Shown here: piece by piece, positions 23,626-33,526 of the stretch
Position numbering within the stretch: the stretch's first letter is position 1
How the letters are laid out: each line of letters begins with the position of its first letter
From: an uncultured bacterium
Lineage (GTDB): Bacteria > Chloroflexota > UBA5177 > JANWHV01
Reading direction: 5' to 3'
Assembly: GCA_963827235.1 (NCBI GenBank)
Contig: CAWHAE010000016.1
Location: forward strand, 1,120,001-1,184,000
Length of the DNA stretch: 64,000 nt
The notes under the pieces: generated by a model
The model's database searches: none
The model's input: only the letters and a program-made list of their open reading frames with translations
Told to the model about the DNA's origin: nothing
Position numbers and translations under genes: made by a program

Positions 23626-24533
23626 TCGCCTGCCTCCCCACGGAAGAACATTGCCTGTCCGATCGATGCGGTGACGGTGATGGCGAAGATCACGACCGCG
23701 ATGGCCGCCGCGTAGCCCAATCGCAGGAAGACAATACCGTTTTGATACATGTAGATGCCCAGCGTCATGGCCGAGTTGTCGGGCTGTCCGTGCGTGGTCA
23801 GCACCCAGGGTTCCTGGAACACCTGCACCGAGCCGATGGTGTCGATGATGAAACAGAACAAGATCATGCGTCGCAGGCCCGGCAGGGTGACGTGCAGCAG
23901 CTTGCGGAACCCGCTGGCCCCGTCGATGGACGCCGCCTCATACAACGTGGTGTCGACGGATTGCAGTCCGGCGAGAAAGACCAGCATGTACCAGCCGACC
24001 ACATTCCACAGGGTAAAGATGATCACCGACGGCTTTGTCCAGTCCGTACTGCCCAGCCAGTCGACGCCGGGCAGGCCCACGTCGTTGAGCAGCTGGTTGA
24101 TGATGCCGTAGTTGGTGTCGAGCATCATCTGGAACACCAGCAGCACGGCGGCGGCGGCGCCCACGTTCGGCAGGTAGATAATCGCCCGGTACACGCTGCG
24201 GAAACGCAGCCACGGCGCATTGAGCACGAGCGCGGTGACCAGCGCCAGGACGAGCATGATGAAGACGTGGCCGACCCAGAGATAGGCGGTGTTCTTCAGC
24301 GCGGTCCAGAACACGTCGTCCCCGAACAGCAGCCGGTAGTTCTTCAGGCCGACCCACTGCCAGGGTGACGCCATATCCCAGCTCAGCAGGCTGAGATAGA
24401 AGCTGAACAGTATGGGACCCAAGCTCAGGCAGAGGTAGATCGCGAAAAACGGCGCCAGGCAGAGATATGCGGTGCGAGCGCGCCACATGCGGGCCACCAG
24501 GCCAGGAGCTTGGCCCCGTTCTTGATTCATCAC
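23622..24533 (-). CDS. Carbohydrate ABC transporter permease (MalF-like)
   Basis: WVGLKNY, AGLQSV..LYEAASIDGA, GYAAAIA. Confidence 0.93.
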   Translation of the reverse strand: MMNQERGQAPGLVARMWRARTAYLCLAPFFAIYLCLSLGPILFSFYLSLLSWDMASPWQWVGLKNYRLLFGDDVFWTALKNTAYLWVGHVFIMLVLALVTALVLNAPWLRFRSVYRAIIYLPNVGAAAAVLLVFQMMLDTNYGIINQLLNDVGLPGVDWLGSTDWTKPSVIIFTLWNVVGWYMLVFLAGLQSVDTTLYEAASIDGASGFRKLLHVTLPGLRRMILFCFIIDTIGSVQVFQEPWVLTTHGQPDNSAMTLGIYMYQNGIVFLRLGYAAAIAVVIFAITVTASIGQAMFFRGEAGE

Positions 24534-24602
24534 CGTCTCACCACGTGTCCACGGATCTTCCTCATAGGTGTCGCTTGGCTTGCGGACAACTCCCGACCGC
24601 CG

Positions 24603-24657
24603 GCAGCATGGCAGCAGCGCCTGTCGGAGAGCGTACCGGACGCTGCTGCCATGCTGC
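24603..24657. repeat. 17-bp perfect inverted repeat between the binding-protein and permease genes
   Basis: GCAGCATGGCAGCAGCG (24603-24619) / CGCTGCTGCCATGCTGC (24641-24657). Confidence 0.8.
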
Positions 24658-24680
24658 TATATAGAGCGCTAGGGGGCAGG

Positions 24681-26018
24681 TCAACTCGCGGAGCGCACCT
24701 TGTCGGCTGCGGCCTTGATCGCGCTCGCCGCCGACGCATGGCCGGCAATCACGTCGCCCAGGGCCGTCTGAATGGTCGTGAGCGCCAGTGCATACTGGGG
24801 CGTGAAGTGCAGGGTATGCGCGTGCGCCTGGATGCTCAGGTCGATCGCGGCTAGGCGCTGACCGCCGAAGAACGGGGACGGCTTGTTGTAGTCGAAGCTC
24901 GGGCTCTGCAGGGCCGGCAGATACGCGGTGGGCAGATTCCACTTGTTGAACAAGCTGACCGTCACCGGCGTGTTCAAGAATGTGTGCTGCAGGTATTTCC
25001 AGATTAGCTGGCTGTCCATGCCGGGCTTCTTGACGGCCGCAACCACGGCACTGCCATTGATCGCATCATGCCCGCCGCCGTTCGTGAAGGCCGGGAATTC
25101 CATCACGCGCCACTTGCCCGCGGCGCTGGGCACGTTGTTCTGCAGGATCTCCGGCCACCAGCACTCCGTGATATAGGAGGTAATGACGCCCGTGCCCATG
25201 GACTGGAACCAGGCCGGCGACCAGCCTGGCATGGCTATCGACGTGCCCGCCTTGCTGAGCTCCACCTGGAAATCGAAGGCCTGCCTGAAGCCCGCATCGC
25301 TGTCGAACACCGCCATGTTGGTCTTGGGATCGAAGAGTTGACCACCCGACTGGGCCACAAGGTCGGTGTTGATACCGGGGGCGGGCTCCACATAGCCCAA
25401 ATAGTGCTTGCGGCTATCGGAGAACTTGTGGCCGGCGATCGTCTTGCCCGCCGAGAGGTAGTCACTCCAAAGCCGGATCTGCGTGGGGTCGATACCCGCC
25501 TCGTTCCAGAGATCCTCGCGATAGAACAGCATGGCGGTGTTGGCGCGCCAGGGCATACCGAACAGCCTGCCGTTGTAGCTGCAGGCCTCCAGGGCGGCGG
25601 GCGCCAGGTCCGAGTTGTACGGCTTGACCCAGTCGGTGATGTCCAGCAGAATGCCATTCTTGGCCAGCAGCGGGATATCGTAGCAGTTCAGCTCACAGCA
25701 ATCCGGCATGGAATCCCAGTTCTTGGCCACGTAGTTCGTGAGCAGATGCTCGCGGATGACGTCGCCGCCGCCCAACGAGCCCTGGTTCGAGGTCTCCACG
25801 TTGGCAAACTGGACCTTGGCATATTGCGGGCTGTCCTTCACCATAGCGGTGAAGCCGTCCTGGTAGAACTTATAGTTGCCCCAGGTGGAGAAATGGAACG
25901 TGGAGGGGATGGTTTCGCCAGCGGACGCGGCACGGACTGCGCCGGCGGGAAGGCGGGATGAGAGTGCCACGCCGGCACCCATCGCGGCGGAATACTTGAG
26001 GAATTGCTTTCTATTCAT
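24681..26018 (-). CDS. Sugar ABC transporter substrate-binding protein, Tat-like signal
   Basis: MNRKQFLK + hydrophobic stretch; YNGRLFGMPW, LFYREDL, GKWRV. Confidence 0.9.
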   Translation of the reverse strand: MNRKQFLKYSAAMGAGVALSSRLPAGAVRAASAGETIPSTFHFSTWGNYKFYQDGFTAMVKDSPQYAKVQFANVETSNQGSLGGGDVIREHLLTNYVAKNWDSMPDCCELNCYDIPLLAKNGILLDITDWVKPYNSDLAPAALEACSYNGRLFGMPWRANTAMLFYREDLWNEAGIDPTQIRLWSDYLSAGKTIAGHKFSDSRKHYLGYVEPAPGINTDLVAQSGGQLFDPKTNMAVFDSDAGFRQAFDFQVELSKAGTSIAMPGWSPAWFQSMGTGVITSYITECWWPEILQNNVPSAAGKWRVMEFPAFTNGGGHDAINGSAVVAAVKKPGMDSQLIWKYLQHTFLNTPVTVSLFNKWNLPTAYLPALQSPSFDYNKPSPFFGGQRLAAIDLSIQAHAHTLHFTPQYALALTTIQTALGDVIAGHASAASAIKAAADKVRSAS

Positions 26019-26192
26019 CGAGCATATCACTCCTACTTCGTGGTAGCCACCACACTGTGCTCAGGCATGCTGCTTGCCCGTAGTCACGAGAAACCGCTGG
26101 TCGGATCGACCCTACCCCCTTGCGAACGTGACCTACCTCCTTCTGTCCGTGCCCGGAATTGTGATGTATCCGCGCACTCCCAAGTAGATTAA

Positions 26193-26543
26193 GAAACCTA
26201 GTTTCCTTCCCATCGGCTGTAGCGTACGCTGCTCTCGGGCGCCTGTCAAGGGGTGCAGGCGATCTGGTAGCCATGTCCTGGCACTTCAGCCCAGCGTCAA
26301 CGTCGTGTGAGGCCCACCACGAGGGCGCGCCGCGCGGCATTTGGCGTCAAATCACGTCCCATTCAGCAACGCAGGAGCAGGATCCAGCTTGCTGGTAGGA
26401 AACCTACTTACCTTCGACCCTGGTCGGCCACACTTCACACCCGCGCTGGCGCGTGCGGTCACGCTGTGCGGGCCGGGACGTGCAGCACGAGGGCTTGGCT
26501 AGAGCGCCCCTGTGCCACATGACCGCTACGGAAACCTTGTTGC
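26193..26543. promoter_or_regulatory. Three candidate LacI-type operators in the divergent intergenic region
   Basis: GAAACCTAGTTTCC (26193), GAAACCTACTTACC (26399), GAAACCTTGTTGC (26531). Confidence 0.5.
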
Positions 26544-26665
26544 TGGATGACTCCCGGTGTGCTAGACTGGCGTGTGAGTTCTCAGACCGGGGCGTCGGCT
26601 GAGCCAGGATGCGCGTACCGCTGTGGCTGCCTAGCCGGGCGATGGAGAACAGGGTTGGTGTGCGA

Positions 26666-27724
26666 ATGGTTCGCTCTTCCGAGTCGCGCTTTCCTCCCGT
26701 TACGCTGGATCGACCCGCGACGATTCGCGACGTCGCGCGCGTGGCCGGCGTCTCCGTCGGCACTGCATCGAAGGCCCTCAACGGTCAAGGCAAGTTGCGA
26801 CCCGATACGATTGAGCACGTCCGGGCTGCGGCGTCCCATCTCGAATACCGGCCGAACGACCTGATGCAGAGCGTCCTGCGCAAGCGTACCTTTACCGTCG
26901 GCCTGCTGACGACGGAAAGTGGCCGCTTCACCATGCCGATTCTGCAGGGTATCGAGGATGTGCTGGCGACCGCGCAATTCTCGGTCTTCCTGTGCTTGGC
27001 GATCGATAATCCCGACCGCGAGCGCCAACATATCGATTCTCTGCTGGCGAAGCACGTGGATGGCATCATCGTGGTCGGCAACATCACGCAACGCCTGCCC
27101 ATAGACATTGGGCGCTCCCGCACGCCGATTCTGTATACCTACACCTACGTCCAGGAACGCAGCGCGCTCTGTCTGCTCCCGGACAACGAGGCCGGTGGGG
27201 CTCTTGTGACCACGCACCTCCTGCACGGTGGCCGGCGCCGGTTCGCCCACATCACTGGACCGGCCGATTGGGAGGCAGTCCGCTTGCGACGCGACGGCAT
27301 GCGTACCACGCTTGCCGACTACGGGCTCGACCTTCCCGACGATCATGTGCTTGCGGGACCTTGGCATCCGAGCTGGGGTTTCCAGGCGATGCACCAGATC
27401 CTCGACTGCGATCCGAGCGTCGACGCCGTCTTCTGCGGCAACGACGAGATCGCTAGCGGAGCCATCGATGCCGTGCGCGAGCGCGGCCGGCGCGTACCGG
27501 ATGACGTAGCAATAGTGGGGTTCGATAACTGGGAACAATTCGCCCTTGCCACGCGGCCGCCGCTGACCAGTGTCGACATGGACGTCTACGAGCTTGGGCG
27601 GCGCTCGGGCAGTCGCATGCTCGCCCTCATGAAGGGTGAGCGCGAGAGTGGTGTCGTTCGGCTGCCATGCCGCCTCGTCGTGCGTGCATCGTCAGGGCCG
27701 CGGCCGGGCTCCGGTTCCTGCTAG
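26666..27724 (+). CDS. LacI-family transcriptional regulator
   Basis: ATIRDVARVAGVSVGTASKALN HTH; AVFCGND, VPDDVAIVGFD, PPLTSV. Confidence 0.95.
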   Translation: MVRSSESRFPPVTLDRPATIRDVARVAGVSVGTASKALNGQGKLRPDTIEHVRAAASHLEYRPNDLMQSVLRKRTFTVGLLTTESGRFTMPILQGIEDVLATAQFSVFLCLAIDNPDRERQHIDSLLAKHVDGIIVVGNITQRLPIDIGRSRTPILYTYTYVQERSALCLLPDNEAGGALVTTHLLHGGRRRFAHITGPADWEAVRLRRDGMRTTLADYGLDLPDDHVLAGPWHPSWGFQAMHQILDCDPSVDAVFCGNDEIASGAIDAVRERGRRVPDDVAIVGFDNWEQFALATRPPLTSVDMDVYELGRRSGSRMLALMKGERESGVVRLPCRLVVRASSGPRPGSGSC

Positions 27725-28057
27725 CACGCGTGTGGTGACACCGCAGGAGACGTAGCGAGCCGAGACGGGCGGACGGTACGATGTGCAGTGCGGCCGTGCC
27801 AGTGCGAGCAAGCCGAGTCTTTGGGCTACCGCCGCGGTGGGCGCTTGGTCGCTGCGAGCGAACCACGACTGGCAGCTAGCAGGCTGGTACAGTGGTGGCC
27901 ATTCCCAGCTGAGCTTGGGTATTGTTTCGCGAGACTTGACGCCCGGACCGCGCGCCGGTAGGAGTACCGCGTAGAGATATGGTCGGAGTGCTACCAGCGA
28001 CGATCACGCACCAAGCCAGCCGCATTTTCATACAGGCTCAACAGCTTTCGCCAGGCT

Positions 28058-29001
28058 TCACCAGGGCCCGATCGTCTCGCGCAGCTGCCGGTCACTCCAC
28101 TTCGCGTAGACCCGCTTCGTCTCCGGCTTGGTGTGCCCCAGGTGGCGAGCCGTCGCTTCCAGGTCGTACGTCTCTGCATACAGGCGCGTCCCGGCTGTAT
28201 GGCGCACGGCATGCACGCCCTTCGCTGTCACGCCAGCCAGCGTGAGTAGGTGATGTGCCGCCATGCACTGGCCGCAGTACGGTAGGCGAACACGTACCCG
28301 TCCTCCCGCCGCGACAGGCTCTGCACCGCCTGGCGCGACGTTGCGCTGAGCGCCACCACCCGCTGCCTCCTACCCTTGTCGTGGCGCACGACGAGGTCCC
28401 GGCGCGCCAGGTGCACGTCGGCCCAGCGCAGGTCCGCACACTCCTGCGCTGGCAGTCCGGCATGGGCACCCAAGAGCACCAGCACACGATCCGCCGGGTC
28501 CGTCGCCGCCTGCAGCAGCGCCGCCACTTCGTCGTCGCCGTATGGCATCCGCTTCTCCCATGCCGGCGTCGCATCGCGCGGTGCGCGGCATTCGGCAAAC
28601 AGGTCGACGACCACTGCACGTGCCCAGCGCAGTGCTGCATAGAGTCCGCGGCCGCGAGCCGTCCCTGGATAGTCGCTGGCGTGAGGCCGTGCCGCTCAAT
28701 GTGCCGCACGTAGGCCGTACCGGCGTCTTGATCGGGATGCTGGAGATCCATGCGGTGAGCAAGCTGCGCACGCCGGTGCGATAGTTGCGCACGGTGTGGA
28801 CCGCGACCGTAGCGCCCGCACTGCTGAAGGCGCGCAGCCGCGCTTCGGTCAGGCTCCACAGCGTCCGTATGTCGTGTTCGTGTGCCGCCTGCGTCGCCGC
28901 GCGCCGATGCTCCGGGCGAGAATCAGGCAGCCAGGCAGCCGTGCCGTCGTCGCCAAAGTCGAAGCAAGGGACGAGAGCGCACCGATACCTTGATCGACCA
29001 C
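28058..29001 (-). pseudogene. Tyrosine recombinase/integrase, multiply frameshifted
   Basis: Fragments in different frames: LWSLTEA..HTVRNYRTGV, LLGAHAGL..ECADLRWADV, GVHAVRHTAGTRL, HLGH..T..YAKW; start approximate. Confidence 0.8.
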
Positions 29002-29367
29002 CTCTTCCGGTAGCAGTGCCCGTGCCAAGGCAAACCGGTACGCCAACAAGGCGACAGCACGGAGCACACTCACAGAAGGGTACAACGTCAGCGTGCGGTG
29101 CCGGTTCCAGCCAGGTCCGCTCCCTCACCAGCCGGGACGCGACTCGGTGTCGTCACCCGTAACGATGCTCGAGCGCGATCGCGTCGCAAGAGTCCATACC
29201 TGTGCGCGCAGTGTCACGTAGCGCTTTCGAAGCCAACTGAGTCGTTCATATAGACTAGCGCCAATACTCATCGGCATCACAGTGGTATGGAACATCCGAT
29301 AAGCTCAGATCCAGCCAGTCTTCGAGGCTGCAATACGGAACGGAGTTGAAAGGGAGGATCAGGACAG

Positions 29368-30148
29368 ATGACCGCGCCCGGCACCCACCGCCCCACGGCC
29401 TCAGCCTGGCTGTACCACATCCCGCTGATCTGGCTCACACCACAGGACCCGTCGCGCAAACTGGCCATCTGGATTCCCCCTGCCGGCGGGACGAAGGAGG
29501 ATACCCTCCCCTACTTGCAGGAATTGGCTGCAGCGGGGTTCGTGGCCGTGAGCAACGATCCCTGGCAGCATGGTGCACGCTACGTCGGCACGGAAACCCT
29601 TGAACAACGGTTTGCGAGCGCGAAAGCCAACTACTACTACCATGTATGGCCGATGGTCGGACAATCCGCGCTCGAAAGTCTCCGCGTGATCGATTGGGCC
29701 ATCGCCTCATTCGGGGTCGAACCTCCCTGCTACATCGGGGGCATCTCACTGGGGGGGCTACATCGCCGTGGCGGCTGCCGGTCTGGACCCGCGTATCGGC
29801 TGCGTCGGCGGGATTGTCTGCACGCCGGATTGGCGGGTGCCGGGCCTCCACTGGGACGGCCAGCTCCTGCCACTCGGCAAACCGGACGCCTACGCTCAGT
29901 TCTTCTTTGACCGGATCAATCCGCTCACGCACACGAGCCACTATGCCCACTGTCCAGCCATGACCTTCGAGTGTGGAGAACTGGACGACCACCTACCGTC
30001 TGACGGCGCAGTGCGCTTCCGAGAAGCGCTCAGGGACACGTACCGGGAGCACCCCGATCGATTACGCGTCAATCTGCATCCCGGTGTCGGCCATCAAAGC
30101 ACGCCGGCGATGTGGCAGAACTGCCTGTCCTGGTTTGCACACCATTGA
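29368..30148 (+). pseudogene. Alpha/beta hydrolase (esterase) with +1 frameshift in a G7 run at 29751-29757
   Basis: DPWQHG, GISLGG nucleophile elbow, CGELD, GVGH across two frames. Confidence 0.8.
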
Positions 30149-30615
30149 GTGAATGCACCCCGTCGGGGGAGAGGGCTCATCCGCATTTCCGACACCGATA
30201 GCCACGTCTCGGCAATCAATTCCGCAGTGGTCGTGGCTACTGGCCCATTGGCGCGCAGCTCCAGCCTGACCAGTGACACCGTGCGAGCCTTGCGCCCGCG
30301 GCTTGATCGCGGCCGCCCGCAGACGCGCTCCGGGAAGAAGAACATACTGGTCACAGTCCTCATGACCGAGCTCTGTATTACCATGCAGGCATATGCTTTC
30401 GCGGTATGTCATGCGCACCGTCTAGCATCGTACGGACTGACATGCTAGGGTTGAGTCTGGTGGCCGTGCCGCCGCACCGATTCCGCCCGCAGGCCAGCGG
30501 GAGACATTCACCGGTGCGATCGGCGACGCAAGATGCGCCCGAGCGTAGGGCAGTGAGGCGCTGATCGGGCGCGCGGGAGAGATCCAGGACCACGATCTCC
30601 TCTGGAGGGGGAGTG

Positions 30616-31125
30616 ATGACAGCCGAGGCGCCCGTTGGCTCGCTGGCCATCCTGCAAGTCGCCATCGTCGTCAAGGACCTGCGCAAGACGATGGAGCTGT
30701 ACCACCGGACGCTCGGCTGGGGGCCGTGGCACGTCCACGAGTACTTGGGGCCGCCGGCGCTGCACGACACCGTCATTCGTGGCGTGCCGACCCCGTTCAC
30801 GGTGCACCTAGCCAGCACGCGGGTCGGGCCGATCGACGTCGAATTGCTGCAACCGGTCGACGGCCCGAGCATCTTTCAGGAGTGGCTCGATCGCCATGGC
30901 GAAGGCATCCATCACATCGCGGGTCGGAAGGTGGGCAGCGATGCCACCGCGCTGCACACCGAGTTTGCCGAGCTTGGCGTGCCCGACCTCCTCACCGGAG
31001 GCATCGGCCAGCACTCCCGCTTCTTCTTTCTCGATTCGGAGTTCCTGCTCGCGTTCATTCTCGAGTCAGGAAGCGGCGCTGGGAGCGATGTGCCGCCCAC
31101 CTACATCTATCCTGCGCCGGAGTAA
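30616..31125 (+). CDS. VOC family protein (methylmalonyl-CoA epimerase-like)
   Basis: QVAIVVKDL, LGWGPW, ELLQPVDGPSIFQEWLDRHGEGIHHIA. Confidence 0.88.
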   Translation: MTAEAPVGSLAILQVAIVVKDLRKTMELYHRTLGWGPWHVHEYLGPPALHDTVIRGVPTPFTVHLASTRVGPIDVELLQPVDGPSIFQEWLDRHGEGIHHIAGRKVGSDATALHTEFAELGVPDLLTGGIGQHSRFFFLDSEFLLAFILESGSGAGSDVPPTYIYPAPE

Positions 31126-31251
31126 GTCGTTGGCACCCTAGTGGATCGTCGTTGCCGGCCATCGGGACCGCCATGCCACGACGATACACAGCGCGTCGTG
31201 TGACATCGGCCCGGGTTGGTGCCTCTTCTCTCTCGCCAACCCTCCCTCGGC

Positions 31252-31920
31252 TCAGCGCGCACCTCCCGCGACGGCAACCGCGCATCCTGTCTCCGCCGAT
31301 CGCAGTGCCGCCTCGATGACCGCCTGAGCCTTCACGCCGTCCGCGAAGCTGGGCACGGCCGGGCGGTCCTCCACTATGGCATCGACGAAGGCGCGCGCGC
31401 CGATCGACTGCGTCCGCAAGCGGTGCATGAATTGCTCGTACGGCGATTGCCCGTCGTCCGCCGAGCCGGCGATTCGCTCGGGGATAGGGAGTGGTCCGAT
31501 CTGGGGCTCGTCACTGCGGCCACCACGCAACTCCGCGCCGCGGCTGACGTTGAGATCTGCCTCCAGCGTGCCCTGTACGCCGTGTAGGACCACCTGCTGC
31601 TGCATCGCCCGATCCCCGAGGTGCGCCACGCTGCTGACCTGGATCGTCCCCTGGGCGCCGCCAACGAATCGCAGCGCCAGCATGGCCGCATTATTCGCCG
31701 GGTCGAGCACCCCCCCATCCGGCCCCGCGCGTGGGACAAAGGTGTCCAGCAGCGCGCTCACCGAAGCGATGTCGCCGACGCGCCAGTGCGCGAGGTCGGC
31801 CATATGCGACCCTGAGTCACCGAGATTGCCGTTCGCGCGCCGCCGATCGAAGCGCCACAGATACTCGCCGCCTCGGAAGAAGCCATATCCGATGGTGAAG
31901 CACCCGACTGCGGTTGTCAC
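31252..31920 (-). pseudogene. C-terminal half of a Gfo/Idh/MocA oxidoreductase
   Basis: WRFD..GNLGDSGSHMADL, PSFADGVKAQAVIEA; Rossmann N-terminus absent. Confidence 0.75.
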
Positions 31921-32279
31921 TTGGAGGCAATTGCGCCCGTGGCGTGCTCTTCAGAGTTCACTTTCGCACCCTGCGCGTGTAGCTGATCACCGCGATCACT
32001 GACAAGTCGGTTGCCCGCGCGGCTTGCTGTGGCGCTAACCAGGCTCTAGCCGCATGGCAGCATGTTCATGTGCTTGAGGGCAGTATACCCCCGCACCGCG
32101 GCTAGCTTGCGCACCCAGTGTCCGCTACCGCGCTGACGACAGCCTACGGGCATGATCGTCGCCGTCGGCGCCTTAGCCCTCTGGGCGTAGCCCCCTTTGC
32201 GCACGCGCGCGGCGGATCTGCTTCGTCTGCCAAGCGCGCATGCCGGATCTTGCTCCCGCATTCCTGCCTACGCAGCTGA

Positions 32280-32315
32280 ATAGTAAACGTAGATACTATA
32301 TCTATGTATAGTATC
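32280..32315. promoter_or_regulatory. Candidate MarR autoregulatory operator overlapping the start codon
   Basis: ATAGTA-N8-TACTAT (32280-32299) and GATACTATA-N6-TATAGTATC (32292-32315), an AT-rich patch in GC-rich DNA. Confidence 0.6.
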
Positions 32316-32795
32316 GACACGGGTAGAGCAACTGACGAACCGACACCGACCATCGGGTACCTGGTCTGGCGCCTGTCCATCAAGTGGCGCGTGGCCGTCG
32401 ACCGTGCGCTAGCCCCACTCGGTCTCACGCACGCCCAGTACTCCCTGCTATCCTCCCTGTACGGCCTGTCGCGATCGGGCGCCCAGCCCAGCCAACGACA
32501 GCTGGCGGATTGGACCGGCCTCGAGCCCATGTACATCTCCAAACTTGCTCGCAGCCTGGAACGCAGCGGCCTCCTAGCACGGGCGGAGAATCCGGTCGAT
32601 CCGCGGGCGGTCCAACTGACCCTGACCGCTCACGGCACCGAGGTTGCCACCACAGCCATGGCCATCGTGCACGACCTGCATGAGCAGATGCTCGCCCCGC
32701 TTGGCGGTTCCAGGAGTGCGCACAGTGCGGTCTTACGGGAGGCGCCGTCAGCGCTGCTGCGCGGTCGTCCGCCAGATGACGCCGCAGTGGAATGA
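32304..32795 (+). CDS. MarR-family regulator
   Basis: GYLVWRLS.KWR, LGLTHAQYSLL, SQRQLAD, DPRAVQLTLT. Confidence 0.9.
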   Translation: MYSIDTGRATDEPTPTIGYLVWRLSIKWRVAVDRALAPLGLTHAQYSLLSSLYGLSRSGAQPSQRQLADWTGLEPMYISKLARSLERSGLLARAENPVDPRAVQLTLTAHGTEVATTAMAIVHDLHEQMLAPLGGSRSAHSAVLREAPSALLRGRPPDDAAVE

Positions 32796-32882
32796 CGCCG
32801 CGACGCCCTGACCATCAGGAGAGCAACGCGAGGAACGTCACCATGGTTAACGCGACCGTTCCGTATCAGAAGCGGCGCCTGC

Positions 32883-32972
32883 ACTGAAGTCGCGGTGCCC
32901 GGGCGCCACTATCCCCAGGAGGACTCGCTGGAGGAGGTCGGGCAGGCCATCGCTCACTGGCTGGCGACGCTC
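32883..32972 (+). pseudogene. C-terminal remnant of a haloalkane dehalogenase-like hydrolase
   Basis: TEVAVPGRHYPQEDSLEEVGQAIAHWL, matching the LinB/DhaA-type G.H..QED motif. Confidence 0.6.
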
Positions 32973-33526
32973 GGATCGCCGCACGCCAGATCGAGCGGGG
33001 CGGGATAGGCGTTGACAAGTGGAGCGCGGGACGTAGCGCGGTCGGGTCGCTCTGCGCTCAAGCTCCTCAGGAGTGCCAATCGGTCACGAGAGCGAGTGGA
33101 CGTAGCTCACGCACGCCAATGCAGCCGGCCTGCGCGAAAGAGTGCGGGAGGCGTTCGTACGGTGAGTACCCGCTTCACAGATGGCCGGCCGGGTAGGACT
33201 GGGGAACGGCCAGTAGCCGTCGGCGATCATGATGGACACTGTCGTCCAATCCAACCACCTCGCCAGCCTGTTCCGGCGCCTCGGCCGTCACTTACGCCAG
33301 CGGCTGCCGGCGTGCGTGAGGCGCCGCTCGCGCTTATGGCCGTGACCTCCACGACTACGAGTAGTGCCCTTCGAAGGATTTCATCCATGTGCCCGGGTCG
33401 ATCGCCTCGGGATCGAGAGAGAATCGGTAGGGTGAGGCCCTGCATCTGGCAGACACCGTGGCTGCTCGCATCGTACGCTACGTATAAGGATGCGGTCTCA
33501 TGAACGCAGGAGGAGGAGAGGGCCAC

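Noticed and set aside
28058-29001. Tyrosine recombinase as an integron integrase for the small-gene island
   Set aside because: Heavily frameshifted, no recognisable IntI-specific insertion, 7 kb from the island, no attC sites seen
32037-32049. AGGCTCTAG resembling the IS5 right end near the truncated oxidoreductase
   Set aside because: Match is too short to distinguish from chance
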